A stretch of DNA of 64,000 bases from Callorhinchus milii (Eukaryota), in NCBI RefSeq assembly GCF_018977255.1, contig NW_024704742.1:102054001-102118000 (forward strand). Direction: 5' to 3'. Every line of letters starts with the position of its first letter. Within the stretch, counting starts at the first letter, position 1. Under the pieces are notes generated by a model. The model had not been told where the DNA came from and made no database searches. It saw only the letters and a program-made list of their open reading frames with translations. Of this stretch, positions 24,550 to 36,721 are shown piece by piece. Position numbers and translations under genes: made by a program.

Positions 24550-24925
24550 AATAATATTAATCCTTGCATTTGATATAGCACCTTTCACATCAGGAGGACA
24601 TCTCAAAATACTTCACAGGATTCACTGTAAATGGTAGTGACTGTGCAATCAATTTCACACAGCAACATCCCACAAAAAGCCATGAAGTGAATAATTAATT
24701 TTCTTTTGGGGGGATTGTTAGCCAGGGCACTAGAGAAATTCCCTCCTCTTTTCAAATAGCTTCATGGGATTTATATGGTTCACTTTTTTATGGTTCTATG
24801 GGATCTTTAACGTTCACCTGAACAGCCATATGGGTTCACAATTTAAAGTCTCTTTTGAAAGATGGTATCTCCAAAAATGCAGCACATTTCCAGCACTGTA
24901 CTGAAGTGCCAGCCTAGACTGCGAG
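24550..24925 (-). mobile_element. SINE-A lacking head, with small internal duplication
   Basis: Tail atccttgcatttgatatagcacc; atgggatctttaacgttcacctgaac. Confidence 0.85.
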
Positions 24926-25399
24926 TTTGAAACTTTTGTATTGTGACACATGCATTGAATGTGCTTCTTGTAGTCTTCCATCCCTGTTTATGAGATTGAT
25001 GAGAAGGGGTTCTTCATTACATGACTGCTCCCCTCCTATCTTCTACTTTGCATTGCAGAAAGGGGATTTCAGTGAGAGAAATGGAATTTTCCTTGTAATA
25101 TTTAAAACGCTGGAAAATCAGATTGGTGAATTCACTTCCAACTTAAGTAAAAATTGTATTTAAAATTGTATCCATGCAGTTTGAGCTTCCAAACTGCAAT
25201 AAAAAAAATACAAAGTAAACTAAATATTGTGTTTGCTAAAACAATGCATGTCAAGTCAATGGGAGTGGGCATAGTAAAACTTTAATGAGTATCTTTCGCA
25301 GAAAGTGAAGGAGGGGTTGAGAGCCACAGGCCCAACAAAAACAAACTGTTTGTACAAAATTGTTTTTCAGAATATGTATGGACTGAAACTGAGAAAAAA

Positions 25400-26490
25400 A
25401 AAGTTGCTTTTCATAGCACATTATCACTTCAATTCATATCAAAGTACTTTACAGTAATTACCGTCAAGTGCAGTGGCTGTTTTTAGTAGATAAGGTATAG
25501 CAAACAACTGTGAGGTGAATGATTCATTTTATCCGGGGAATTGTTGGCCAGGACACTGGAAGAAACTCCCTTCTCTTTAAATAGTGTTGAGCGATCTTGA
25601 ACGATCACCTGAAAAGACAGATGGGACCTTGATTTACGGCTCATCCGAAAGACGGACCTTTTGATGCCTTCCCAGTACTACACCAAAGTTTCAGTCAAGA
25701 TGAAGCCCTGAAATGGTGTTTGAATCCATAACCTTCTCCCTCAACAACAACAACAACAACAAGATTCCATTTATAAAGCGCCTTTCACGTCAGGAGGACG
25801 TCCCAAGGCGCTGCACAGTTGGGTCATGACCCGAGCAGGGGGGAAATGGTCAGGGTGAGGGGAGGGAAGGGAGGGAGCAAGGAGGGGGGAAATGGTCAGG
25901 GTGAGGGGAGGGAAGGGAGGGAGCGAGGAGGGGGAAGAGAGTCGAGAGGGGAGCTGAAGGCACGGTCAAAGAGAAAGGTCTTGAGACCGGCCTTGAAGGA
26001 GGAAAGGGAGGAGGCGGCGAAGGCACTGGGGATAGAGTTCCAGAGCCTGGGGGCTGAGAGGCTGAAGGCCCGACCACCGATGGTAGGGCGGTTGGGGCGG
26101 GGGACGTGGAGCAGACCAGAGCCAGAGGAACGGAGGGTACGGGCAGGTAGGTAGGGGGATAGTAGGTTGGAGAGGTAGGAGGGAGCAAGGCCGTGAATGG
26201 CCTTGTAGGTTAGGATGAGGATCTTGAAATCAATCCTCTGGGGGATGGGGAGCCAGTGGAGGCGAGCGAGGGTGGGAGTGATGTGGTCCCGAAGCCTGGT
26301 GCGGGACAGTACACGAGCTGCAGAGTTCTGAATGACCTGCAGCTTGTGGAGGGAGGTGGCGGGAAGGCCGGCGAGGAGAGAGTTCCCATAGTCCAGCCTT
26401 GAGGTGACAAAGGCGTGGACCAGGGTTTCAGCAGCGTGAGGGGTGAGGTAATGCCGTAGTCTGGCGGAGAGAGTGCTACCAACTGGCATA
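25400..26490 (-). mobile_element. SINE-A split in its tRNA head by a young L2 (parts 25400-25742 and 26466-26490)
   Basis: ...gaatccataaccttctccctc | L2 | gagagagtgctaccaactg rejoins the SINE head. Confidence 0.8.
25743..26466 (-). mobile_element. Young LINE2 (tail family 1), 5'-truncated, uninterrupted ORF2 C-terminus
   Basis: ORF 25896-26525: RLRHYLTPHAAETLVHAFVTSRLDYGNSLLAGLP..LHWLPIPQRIDFKIL..LKTFLFDRAF; CpG-rich; (aac)n tail. Confidence 0.97.
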
Positions 26491-27629
26491 TGTGAAAAAT
26501 ATTCTTTGCAAAATTGGCGAATCATTATAATTAGTGGACAAGAAGGTTGTGTTGTCCTGGCTTTTATACCTGCTATTTCCCCTGAGGCGTTGCGATCAAA
26601 ATAGACTTTTTGAAGTACAGCTTCCCAGAATATATCCTAATAACCAATATGTAACATTGTTGGACAGTTGAGTGCTCCGAAGGGAGCTTTTCCTATGAAC
26701 TGTATTCCTTGTTTCAACAGCTGTTGTTTGATGTAGTTCTCATAGGATCCTTGCTGCAAATCCATCCATATCTACTGACAGAGATGAAGGAAGGAGCTTC
26801 AGCTCAGAGCTCTCTAGACAGGTTCTGCCCTCTGGAAAAGGATGACATGCTATTTCAGGGCAACGATAACGAATGTGACAGATTGGGAGAGCTTTTCCTC
26901 CTTGGCCTCTGTATCAATGAAAAAGAAAGTGAATATTCTCTGTTTTGAAAGAAAACCATACCGCTAGGCATTGACAATACAAAAGGTTGCCATCTGCCAG
27001 CATAGACTAATATTTCCATCAGACTGTGTTCATTAGCTTCTGACCTGTTGCAGCAGCTTTGGAATGGGATTACGTAGCCAATACCTATTCTAAAAGGAAT
27101 ATAAGACCAACGTAGAGACAATAATAGTCAGTCAGGTAATCTATTCATCAGTTTAATAGCTGAAAAATGTTTGTATCTTGTGTAAACATAAGTGAACCTA
27201 TTCACCTCCTTGCTGTTAGCTAGTTGACTGGATGGGAAGAACATGACATATTTCAGCAAGTTGTTGCCATATGGAGCTCAGAGGGAATATTCACAACAGC
27301 AATCTCTACATGATGAAAGCGGGCAGGCAGCCAGCAAGCTTCTTAGATTTGAAATGTAATAACCTCTCTGGTGTTTCAATATCCTGAGGTGCTGTGAATC
27401 TCTGTTACAGATAGGGAGAATTTCTTAATTTACAATAAATGGTAATTAAATGTTTGTGCATGACTCACTCAACTGATCAGCGATGTGGTACTATGACAGG
27501 ATTCTACTTACACGGGATCATTGTTCCCATGTCCGCAGTTGCATTTGTAGGATTGGTGCAATGAATCAGAACATTGGATCAAAATTCCAATATTCTTAAA
27601 CCAATTGAATTTTTCATTTAAATAACAAT

Positions 27630-27978
27630 GGCAACATATTATGCTTACATTTGGTACAGTGTTTTTCACGTCGAGATGACATCTCAATGCGCTTCAAAGA
27701 ATATACTATAAAGTGTATTGACTGTGTTTTGCTGGTGGACATGGCAGCCACATTTGCACACAACAATGTCCCACAATCAGCCAAAAAGTCACTGACCAGT
27801 TTTATTTAGGGGATTGTTGACCAGGACACCAGGAGAAACTCCCATTTCTTTTCAAAAGCTGCCAAGTGATCTTTAACGTCCAGTGAACAGGCAGATGAGG
27901 CCTTGGTTTAACATCTCATCAAAAAGTCGGCACCTCCAATAATGCAGCACACCACCAGCACTGCAATAGAGTGTCATT
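27630..27978 (-). mobile_element. SINE-A
   Basis: ccaggacaccaggagaaactccc..gatctttaacgtccagtgaacaggcag..ggtttaacatctcatc. Confidence 0.85.
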
Positions 27979-30734
27979 TAAGACCAGCGTGGCCAACCTT
28001 TATGGTCAGCCAACAAAATAAGTGTTCCTGAATGAATGTTTCTTGATTTATGGCATAAATCAAGAATTTTCAATCAAGAAAAACCTGGAAACACGTCGAT
28101 TAATTGACTTATCTGCTGTAGTGCGAATGCTCGGGGGTGGTTGGGTGGAGGCTGCTTCTTGACCTGGGCCAGGCTGACACACAAATATATTTCCTCTCCC
28201 CCAGCATCTAAGTAATGTCAGCGCGCAGATTGAGGTTGAAAAGTTCTATGAGGCACCATCTTTATGCTCAAACTCTCTCTTTGACTTAGTCATGGGGTTC
28301 AGGCCCAACACAGATTGCATTAAGAATCCAGGATAGTGGCACAAAGGACTTTTCAGCTTGGACCTGTGTATCTTTGGGGGCTTTTTAGCTTGATTTTGGG
28401 CCCTGAAATACTTTGAGTTGTTCTCCCGACATGTAAGGCTCAGTATAAATGTAAGATTGTTGTAATATTATTCAGAAGTCAGTGGGGAGGAAGGAAACTT
28501 ACTTCAAAGCGAAACACAAGTTAATCTTGTTTCTTCAGTAAGGAATGGAATATGTTTAAATATACTGCTATTTTGCCCCCATTAACTTTTTCCTGCTGAA
28601 TATAAGAGCCTCCAGGATTTAGGGAGTCTCAAATAATTTTCTAGAGGGCATTGAGCCCATAGCATGTTATATAACTACCCAAATTCAACAATACTAACAT
28701 AATTTTTGACTTGTAGAGGGCTCAGAGATGGCTGGAAATCAAACTGTTATGTTTTGGCACACGAGTTGTGAGTCCTGGATGATGGTTCATTTTTTGAACA
28801 AAATAGCTGGAACTTGATTTCTGCTAACCTATTAAGATGCCTGACTTTGGAGTACTGGAGTCTAACGTATTGTGCCAACAAAGGAAAGTGTTTCGTTCCC
28901 AGTAGTAATATCACTCATTTTTATCAGTACAAAAAAAATTGAAGTGAAAAGAAACAAATCTGCTGTGAACAGAGTTTCAGGTACATCACTTTACCGAAAT
29001 TAGATTTGTGCTAGAATTGTGTCTCCCATTGTGAAGAACATTGTTCTTTCTTATTTCATTCATTAAAGAATATTACTAACTGTCAGCATTCTCTTTCAGT
29101 CTTCTTATTCTCCACACATTATGTCTTAATCTTTCATTTTAATGGCTTTCTGTCCTCATAGATGGCAAGGGAAAGCAAAGAAACACCATGGCTGTACAAA
29201 ATAAATCAGTATTTATGGATTTCAATACTGTCATTCAATGATGCTATTTATCAGCAATAATAATAGGGAGAATTATAAAAAGTAGAAATGTGTGACTAAG
29301 CAACAGCACATACAATTATCCTCCCCAGGTAGCTACCTCATTTCCATTTCAATAAGGTCCTGATTATTTGCAGAAGAAATCGCTTTGATTTGAAAGTTTA
29401 AATGGATTAACGGTTTTACTCATCATTGCCCAACTGTGCAGGATGTATATTTTAGTGGCTCCTAGTTCTCCTAAAACAGAGAAGTACCATGAGAGCATAG
29501 TATAAAGCATAATATTTGCCTTATAAGTGTTATTTGTGCATGAATTAAATATTAGCCCAGTTGCAGGGTGCTTTGCTTAAAGAACATTGTTAAAGGACAC
29601 TGTGATTTAATAACTCTCTATGCAAACATTCAACCCAATAGTAATGTTGCACAATGCACAAAGATGTTGCTATTTTGTGGTAGAAAAAATCCTTATTTAA
29701 ATGAAAGGTCTGAAAACTGGTAAGTTTGCTGTTGGACACATAGATGGCCAAGTGAGAAAGGCTGATTAGGAAATTATTCCCTTAACAGCAGTTATCTGGG
29801 GAAAGAAAATGAACACCCTGCACTTTGAACATCAATGGTAACAGAGAAAAGTGATAGTCAAGCCAACGGCAGCATTCTTTGGTGCATATTTAGATAATAA
29901 GGAAAAAAAATGAACATCAGTATTTTTCAATCTGGTGACACTGCAAATCCTAGTATGAAAGATCTCTTAATATGAAGCTGCAATGAAATTATATCTCATA
30001 TTGAAGGGCTGATTTTGGAATGAATGATAATCAATAAAATATTTCCCCTGGAGACAAAACTTCCTGTGCATGTGGCTGAAATGTCTTAACAGGAAAATAA
30101 ATAGGTTTTATTATTACCGTCCACACTCAATGAACAGTAAATTATGGTAATTTCCATTTGCTGGAGAAAGCTATAAGAGATAACTTTTTTTAATATAAAG
30201 GCAGGATAGAACTGTCAGAATTGTATACTGTCATCCAAGATAAATGTTGCTTTCAGTCTTATAAAATATCACTATTTATTTTGGTCAATTGCTTATTCAT
30301 TTGAAACAACAAATTCATTTCTGAGCACTGAAAACTATGTCTGTTTCGTATGATATAGTACAATATCTTTCAAAAAGACTTGTGAATATTCATGCACTCG
30401 TTGCATCTTAACCCCTAAAATAATTGTAAATAGTTCAAAAGTAGTGACATTCAAAGTACTGCATTTTTCATCACTTCGGATCACTTTTACACAGTGAATT
30501 GCAGAGATAATTCAGCAATGCCCAGGGATAAATGGAATCTTGTTGTTGTGGATTGAGTCTATGTGTAGTTTCATGCCAGGAAAAAAACTTTAGCCAATGG
30601 GTGCATCATTTTAACTTGAATCTTTATTTTATATCCTATTATTGAGACATTCAATCATACTTGAGAAATGGACAAACAGCCAATCTTGTGTACAGTAATG
30701 TGTGGTGATATTGATATAAAGATTGATGTGTGCC

Positions 30735-31292
30735 CTCCTTGCTTAGTTGGTAGCACTCTTGTCTCTATGTCAGAAGGTTGTGGGTTGGAACTAATATAGT
30801 CTAAACTGATACTACAATGCGGTGCTGGTGATGTCCTGCATTGTTGGAGCTGCTGTCCTGCAGGTGAAACATTAAATCAAGGTCCCGCCTGCCTATTCAG
30901 GTGGCCATTATAGATCACATAATATAATCCTTGCATTTGATATAAGGCCTTATCACATCTTCGAGATGTCTCATAGTGCTTCACAGAATATACTGTAAAG
31001 TAGATTGATGGGGTTTTTGCGGCGAAACACGGCAGCCAATTGCGCACAGCATATGGCATTCTTCGAAAAGAGAAGGGAGTTTCTCCTGGTATCCTGGCCA
31101 ACAATCCCCCAAATTAAATTGGTCACTCGCTTCATGGCTGTTTATAATATTGCTGTGGGCAAATTGACTACGACATTTGCCCCCAAAATACACAGCCAAT
31201 CCAGTTTACAGTATATCCTGTGAAGTGCTTTGGAATGTCCTCCTGATATGATAAGGTGCTGTACCAAACGTAAGAATTATTATTTATTATCA
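30735..31292 (+). mobile_element. SINE-A full length with a nested antisense SINE tail (30919-31052)
   Basis: Host core ...tagatcac | insert | atggcattcttcgaaaagagaagggag; insert is aataatccttgcatttgat...gcgcacagcat. Confidence 0.9.
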
Positions 31293-32789
31293 TGTATAAC
31301 AGGACGTGTCTGACCTTCTGCATAATAATGCATTGTGCTCTTCATGAGTTTGCATTTTAAACTGTAAGGCTTGGTCTCTTACCTGCCCATCCTCTCTCTG
31401 TTCTGATATATATATTCACATTGGGAGGACATCCCAGGTTGCTGAATAGAATAAATAGAATACAGATTCTATTCATTACTTATTCTTATGTGGTGATATT
31501 TTCTTCCCTTTTCTATTTTATTTTCTATTGTTTATTCATTTTCCCTTCCTTAGCCAGGAATTTCCATCTCCTGCTTAAATTTCAGCACTGCTCACCAGCA
31601 TGTTGCAAGCATATGAAGGTCAGTTTTTTTTGAACCAGGAATATTACATTGTAACATAGGGATCAATTTGTGACAGTTCGTAATTCATTTGTATGATCAC
31701 CTTGAATGGGTTTTGAAATTCCATATCACATCAAACCTGTTATAAAATAGCAGAATTTTCAGTCGGTAATTATCAACTTATTTCAGGTCCTGAACTCCCC
31801 TGCAGTTTTAGGACAAGGACTTGCTATGTAGGAACTCTTACAAAATATGGCTGCCAACTTTGATTCGAGATAAGTGAAGAAATGTACAATGTATCATCTT
31901 ACAGGGAGTTTCTGAGCAATAGTTTACATGGAATACTGGCTGTGACAGTAAAGCTGGTATCCTCGTTCGAGTTGATTAAATCCGGTATTACTCCTCAATT
32001 GGGAGTTCTTAAATGTTCAGACTTCCAGCTTCTGTATTTCTTGTGCTGTGCTGGGTCAGCTATTATTGTCTAAATTATCCCATCATGGTGTGTCACATAC
32101 ATCTTGCCTGCCATCTTCAAGTGTCAATAATGACATCTGAGCTCTGTGCTGATAAGGAATGTGGTCATATTGTGATGGTGGGGATATTTGGTTTTGAGAT
32201 GATTGAGAGATTAGAAGGAAAATGCTATTGATTGCTGTGAGTGTTGGAGTGTTGTAAGCAGCACAGCAGCAGTAAATATAGATGGACACTGACATACCTC
32301 CCCTCTATTAGGGCAGTGCTGTCTTCTGATTGACATCTTAGCCATTGACCCACCCTCGGACAAACATGGTGATATATTTGTCTCCTTCCTCGATGTAGAT
32401 TGACAGTTTCTGAAAACGATAACTTAAATTGGGTGATACACGGGGGCTCATAATTGGCATCATCACCAACCATCTGCTCTGAACTGCAAAATGGTACTGC
32501 ATCAAAGATACAGTATTCAGCAATAAAATATATATACATACAGTATTATATATATATATGGGATTTGAGACATCAGGAAAGAAAAATGCTTCTATTTGTT
32601 TATTGTTTATTGAAAGTATTGACTTTTTGGCTAATGCAAATGTAAGTCCTCCATTTCAGTGTCCGCAGTATTCCAGGGAACTGCTGAGACAATCTCTCAG
32701 GTAATTTTTTTTGGTCAGTCGGGTGTTGGCTTGCAGCCGGGTCTTGGCTACCCATGAGGGCTTTGGCTTGCAGGCTTAACTGGAGCAAA

Positions 32790-32942
32790 AAAATTGTCCA
32801 TTCACTTCATGGATGTTTGTGGAAAATTGTCTGCTGCATTCACACACCAAATACAGTCAGTACACTTAATGTCAATCCTGTGAAACTCTTCGAGATGCCC
32901 CTCCCATATGAGAAGTACTGTATCAAATGCAATGATTATTTC
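32790..32942 (+). mobile_element. SINE-A 3' fragment
   Basis: cattcacttcatggatgtttgtgg...tatcaaatgcaatgattatt. Confidence 0.75.
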
Positions 32943-33081
32943 AATCACATTTCAGGGAAGAGGCATCTTCGTAAACTGCAGATTTATTTTCAGAATCGAT
33001 TTTTTAGCCCAGAAACTCTTTTGTTGTTCGGTGGTAGTCATTTAGCTGTAGCTCAGCTCAGCTCAGTCATTTAGCTGTAGC

Positions 33082-33396
33082 TCCTGTAGCTCAGTGGTTA
33101 GAGCACTCGCTTTGCAAGTGAGAGACCTGAGTTCAATTCCAGGCAGGGCGAAACCTTGGGCAAGTTTCCTTACTCCACACACCTAATAATAATCCCTCCA
33201 AAAACCAAAAACAATAATTAATTGGTCATTTTCAATCTACGACTGTTTGTGGACATTGCTGTGCGCAATTGGCTGCCGCGTTCGCCCACAAATATACAGT
33301 CAATTCACTTTGCAGTATGTTCTGTGAAGCGCTTTGGGACGTCCTCCCGACGTGAAAAGCGCTATATCAAATGCAAGGATTATTATTATTATTATT
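33082..33396 (+). mobile_element. SINE-B, short young form
   Basis: ctgtagctcagtggttagagcactcgctttgcaag head; ctccacacacctaataataatccctcc; tail gggacgtcctcccgacgtgaaaagcgctatatcaaatgcaagga(tta)n. Confidence 0.92.
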
Positions 33397-33994
33397 CTAT
33401 GGAGGAACATTATGTAGATCAGGGCATTTTTTCAGGATACATTAAATGTTCTGGATCTGTACCCTCAGGTAGCAATTCCTCCTGGGTCTAGATGTTTTCT
33501 CAAAGAATGTAGCATTTCGGATCGTCCAGAATTTGGCAAATGATTGAATTCAGTTTTAACTTTGAAGTCGTTTTTTATATAGTTAAAAAAAACTGACAGA
33601 AAGCCAGCTTTGAGATTAAAAATTAATTCAACAGGTTTCCAAATTCTGGACACTGAGCAATTTTATGTTAATAGAGTAAATCTGGACTCAAGTGAAATTT
33701 CTACCCAGTTCTCTGGCTTCAGGAAATATATTTTCTGCATATATTAAATTATTCTGGATCTGACCACTATATGTCACTAGAGGATTGGGGTTCAATGACT
33801 GGAGCAAACAGTCAAGGGAAGGGGAAATAACTTGGGCCTGGTGGAAGCTTTACCAAGTGAACCTAAACTAATACTGGTTCTGGAGCCTTAAGAACTGGAG
33901 TCACACAATCTTTTTACCAAAATTGTTACATTAATTTTAATTGTTAAGAATCAGGATCAAATTCTTCCTTAATTAAAATGAGTGAAGTGCATAA

Positions 33995-34230
33995 ATAATA
34001 CTAATAATCCTTGCATTTGATATAGCACTTTTCACGTCTTCTGGACATCTCAAAGTGCTTCACAGAATAGACTGTAAAGTGAATTGACTGTATATTTGTG
34101 GCCAAACGCAGCAGACAATTGCGCATAGCAATGTCCCACAAACAGTCATCGATTGAGTGACCAAATTAATATTTTTTTCTTGAAGGAATATGATCAGGGA
34201 TGTGGAATAAGGAAACTTGCCCAAGGTTTC
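33995..34230 (-). mobile_element. SINE-B lacking the tRNA head
   Basis: Tail through tgtggaataaggaaacttgcccaaggtttc. Confidence 0.85.
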
Positions 34231-34231
34231 A

Positions 34232-34370
34232 TAAAGAATAACAATAACAACCACAACTTTATATGGTACCATTCATAACCCGAAAACACCTTGGAGCACT
34301 TCCTAATGGGTTGGACGTTGAGTAAGGAAGAAGAGGGTGTAAGGAACTGTAGGCACGGTTGAAGAGAGGG
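34232..34370 (-). mobile_element. Short L2 3' tail fragment
   Basis: (aac)n-like tail, tttatatggtacc.., then ggcacggttgaagagagg (reverse complement LFNRA). Confidence 0.55.
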
Positions 34371-36147
34371 CAACGTACAGGGTTAGAGACAGTCTTGATT
34401 TAAGTTATACTTTCATAAGCTAGTTAATAAGAGCAGGGGAATATATCTTCCTTTACATTTTTTTGTCTCTCTTTTAAGTTTAATTGAACTAAAGATGTTT
34501 GCAATATATGCCTGTGGGTTTATTACTTAAAGAAAAATCAATCACTAAACCATGGAATCCACATTGAGAGGGCAACGGTAATTATAAGAGAACAATGACA
34601 CAGGGCAGCAGTTAAACATGATTATCCTTTGATCTCCAACAACAGACACTTTTCTTTGATCTCACCATGTCACAGTAGTCAGGTACCCAAAGTTGAAAAA
34701 GAAATGCCTTATTGTTTTGCTATGAAAGAGTGGAATTAAATAAAACAGCTAGTGCCCTCTCTGGAAATCGTACCTTCCATTCAAGGATACTTCAGTCTTG
34801 TCTTTATCACTGGACAAATCAGTCTCTACTCTCATCCTCAAGGCACAGGTCATGGTCTTGTTACTGTCAATAGCAATACCCATTGAATTGCCAGAGTTTT
34901 AAAGCTAATGACACATAATCAATTGCAGTAGAATCCCTCTTTATTTATTGGGCTAAAGGCAGGGAAAATTAGGTTCTTGTTTTAGTCAAGTGGTTTCTGT
35001 CCATTACTCTATAACGTGCCTTCCTCAACTGCTGCAATTGGGGAAAAGCTGCAAAGTGAACAATTCAATCCTTTAATAGCTGAGCAGTAATTCATTACTT
35101 GATCATTTATCATGCCCAGTCAATTGTCTCCTGTGAACAATTCTCGGCAGCAACACTTTCTTTTATTTTCCTTTTTACATTAAGGTATACCTCTTTTGGG
35201 ACTTAATTTTTCTTTCCCGAAGCCTCAGCTCTCAGTAATGAGCAGCTTGAAATAATAAAAACAAATTACATTTGTATAGCGCCTTTCATGTTGGGAGGAT
35301 ATCCCAAGATGCTGTCAGAAACCAGCACCCCTTATTTGTTTTCAGGCTTATTTTTGATATTTAAAAATTATGGTTGAATATTTTATCTTAAGTTCAGCAC
35401 CTCTTTTTGCATTTCAGACAAGAGACAAGATTTGGTGATGTCTCGTTTACAGGCACTCGGGTGCATTGTGATTTAAAAACAGATCTATTTAAGAGCTCAT
35501 GTGACTATTATAGAGATTAAATTCCAGTAAGTGCGTGGTGGTTATGTTACAATCTTAATCCTTCAGAGAAGACATCAACACATAACCACTGCCCAAGGTA
35601 CGTTGGTCATCAATGTCTGCTATGACATCTCGCCCCAAGGGGAAACATTGGAATAAACAAATTCAAATTTTGCAGACCAAATCCGCAACATATATTTTAA
35701 GAAAATAATGGAATCATGAGAGCACCTGGAGCAGTAATATAAGGGTTTAAATGATGTTGATAAGCTGCTTAGACTTTTCTCTCATGGTTTATGACTTCAA
35801 ATGAACCACTGACTGCCAGGGTATCCATTACTTTATATAATCTGCATTTACAACTGGACTTGATACAACATGAATGGCCCCACCTGTACTGACCTGATGA
35901 AAACAGTCAAATAACAGGCACTTGGCAAAGGGTCTGTCAGATCATGAATCTGGCGATATAAAGTTGTCAGGTAAGTGAAATTAGCCTGTGTGCATTTCTA
36001 ATATAAAAAATGCTATTAAAATATTATGTAGATGATGTTTGTCCTCCAGGTATGTGAAGCACACTTTAAGGGGTGCTTCTTCATAGGATTTCTCAAGAAA
36101 TTGTTATGGTGACTCATGGTATCATAGCTCCAAACCGATCCATTTAG

Positions 36148-36262
36148 CTGTCAGCCTGGCTCAGCTGGTAGGTCTCTTGCCTCTGAATCAGAAGGATTTG
36201 GGTTCCACACTGGGACTTCAGCTCATAGTCTAAGCTGACAATCCAGTGCAGCGATGGGAGGA
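36148..36262 (+). mobile_element. SINE-A head fragment
   Basis: tgtcagcctggctcagctggtagg..gcctctgaatcagaagg..gggttcc. Confidence 0.8.
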
Positions 36263-36472
36263 GCTAAAATAAATTAAAAACGGAGATTATTGATGCTTCG
36301 AAAACGGTTTTAGTATCACATGCCAGGTATCTTTGTAACACAGGCTTCCTCTTTAGCTACTCTCTTGCTCTCTCTCTCTGCAGACATCCCTCTGAGTTTG
36401 CTGTTTCTTCTGCTATATTTTTCCCCCATTCTTACAATTAAGCACTTTTATGAGAAAATATTTATACTGCTC

Positions 36473-36590
36473 AATAATAATAATAATCCTTGCATTTGAT
36501 ATTGCGACTTATCATGTCTTCGAGACTTCTCAAAGCGTTTCACAGGATAGACCGTAAAGTGTAGTGACTGTATATTTTGTGGGCGAAATG
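36473..36590 (-). mobile_element. SINE 3' tail fragment
   Basis: (aat)n ccttgcatttgatattgcgacttatcatgtcttcgagac. Confidence 0.8.
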
Positions 36591-36721
36591 CATATAGATA
36601 CTCATTCTTTGAAGCTTAGATAAATTCATTTCCTTAATCACATTCAATTTACTGAGGTGAACCTCAACATTTGTCTGTTGACATTGTCTTAATTACAGCA
36701 AAATACTATCACAAACTATAT

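Noticed and set aside
32354..32409. Similarity of EEGDKYITMFVRG to the EML-family motif EGEYIKMFMRG
   Set aside because: Short match with a gap; the following RP(I/V)TM and other EML exons are absent, so no gene symbol is assigned.
33082..33150. tRNA-Ala(TGC) genes at SINE-B heads
   Set aside because: Each continues straight into a SINE body and tail, lacks G3:U70 and differs between copies.
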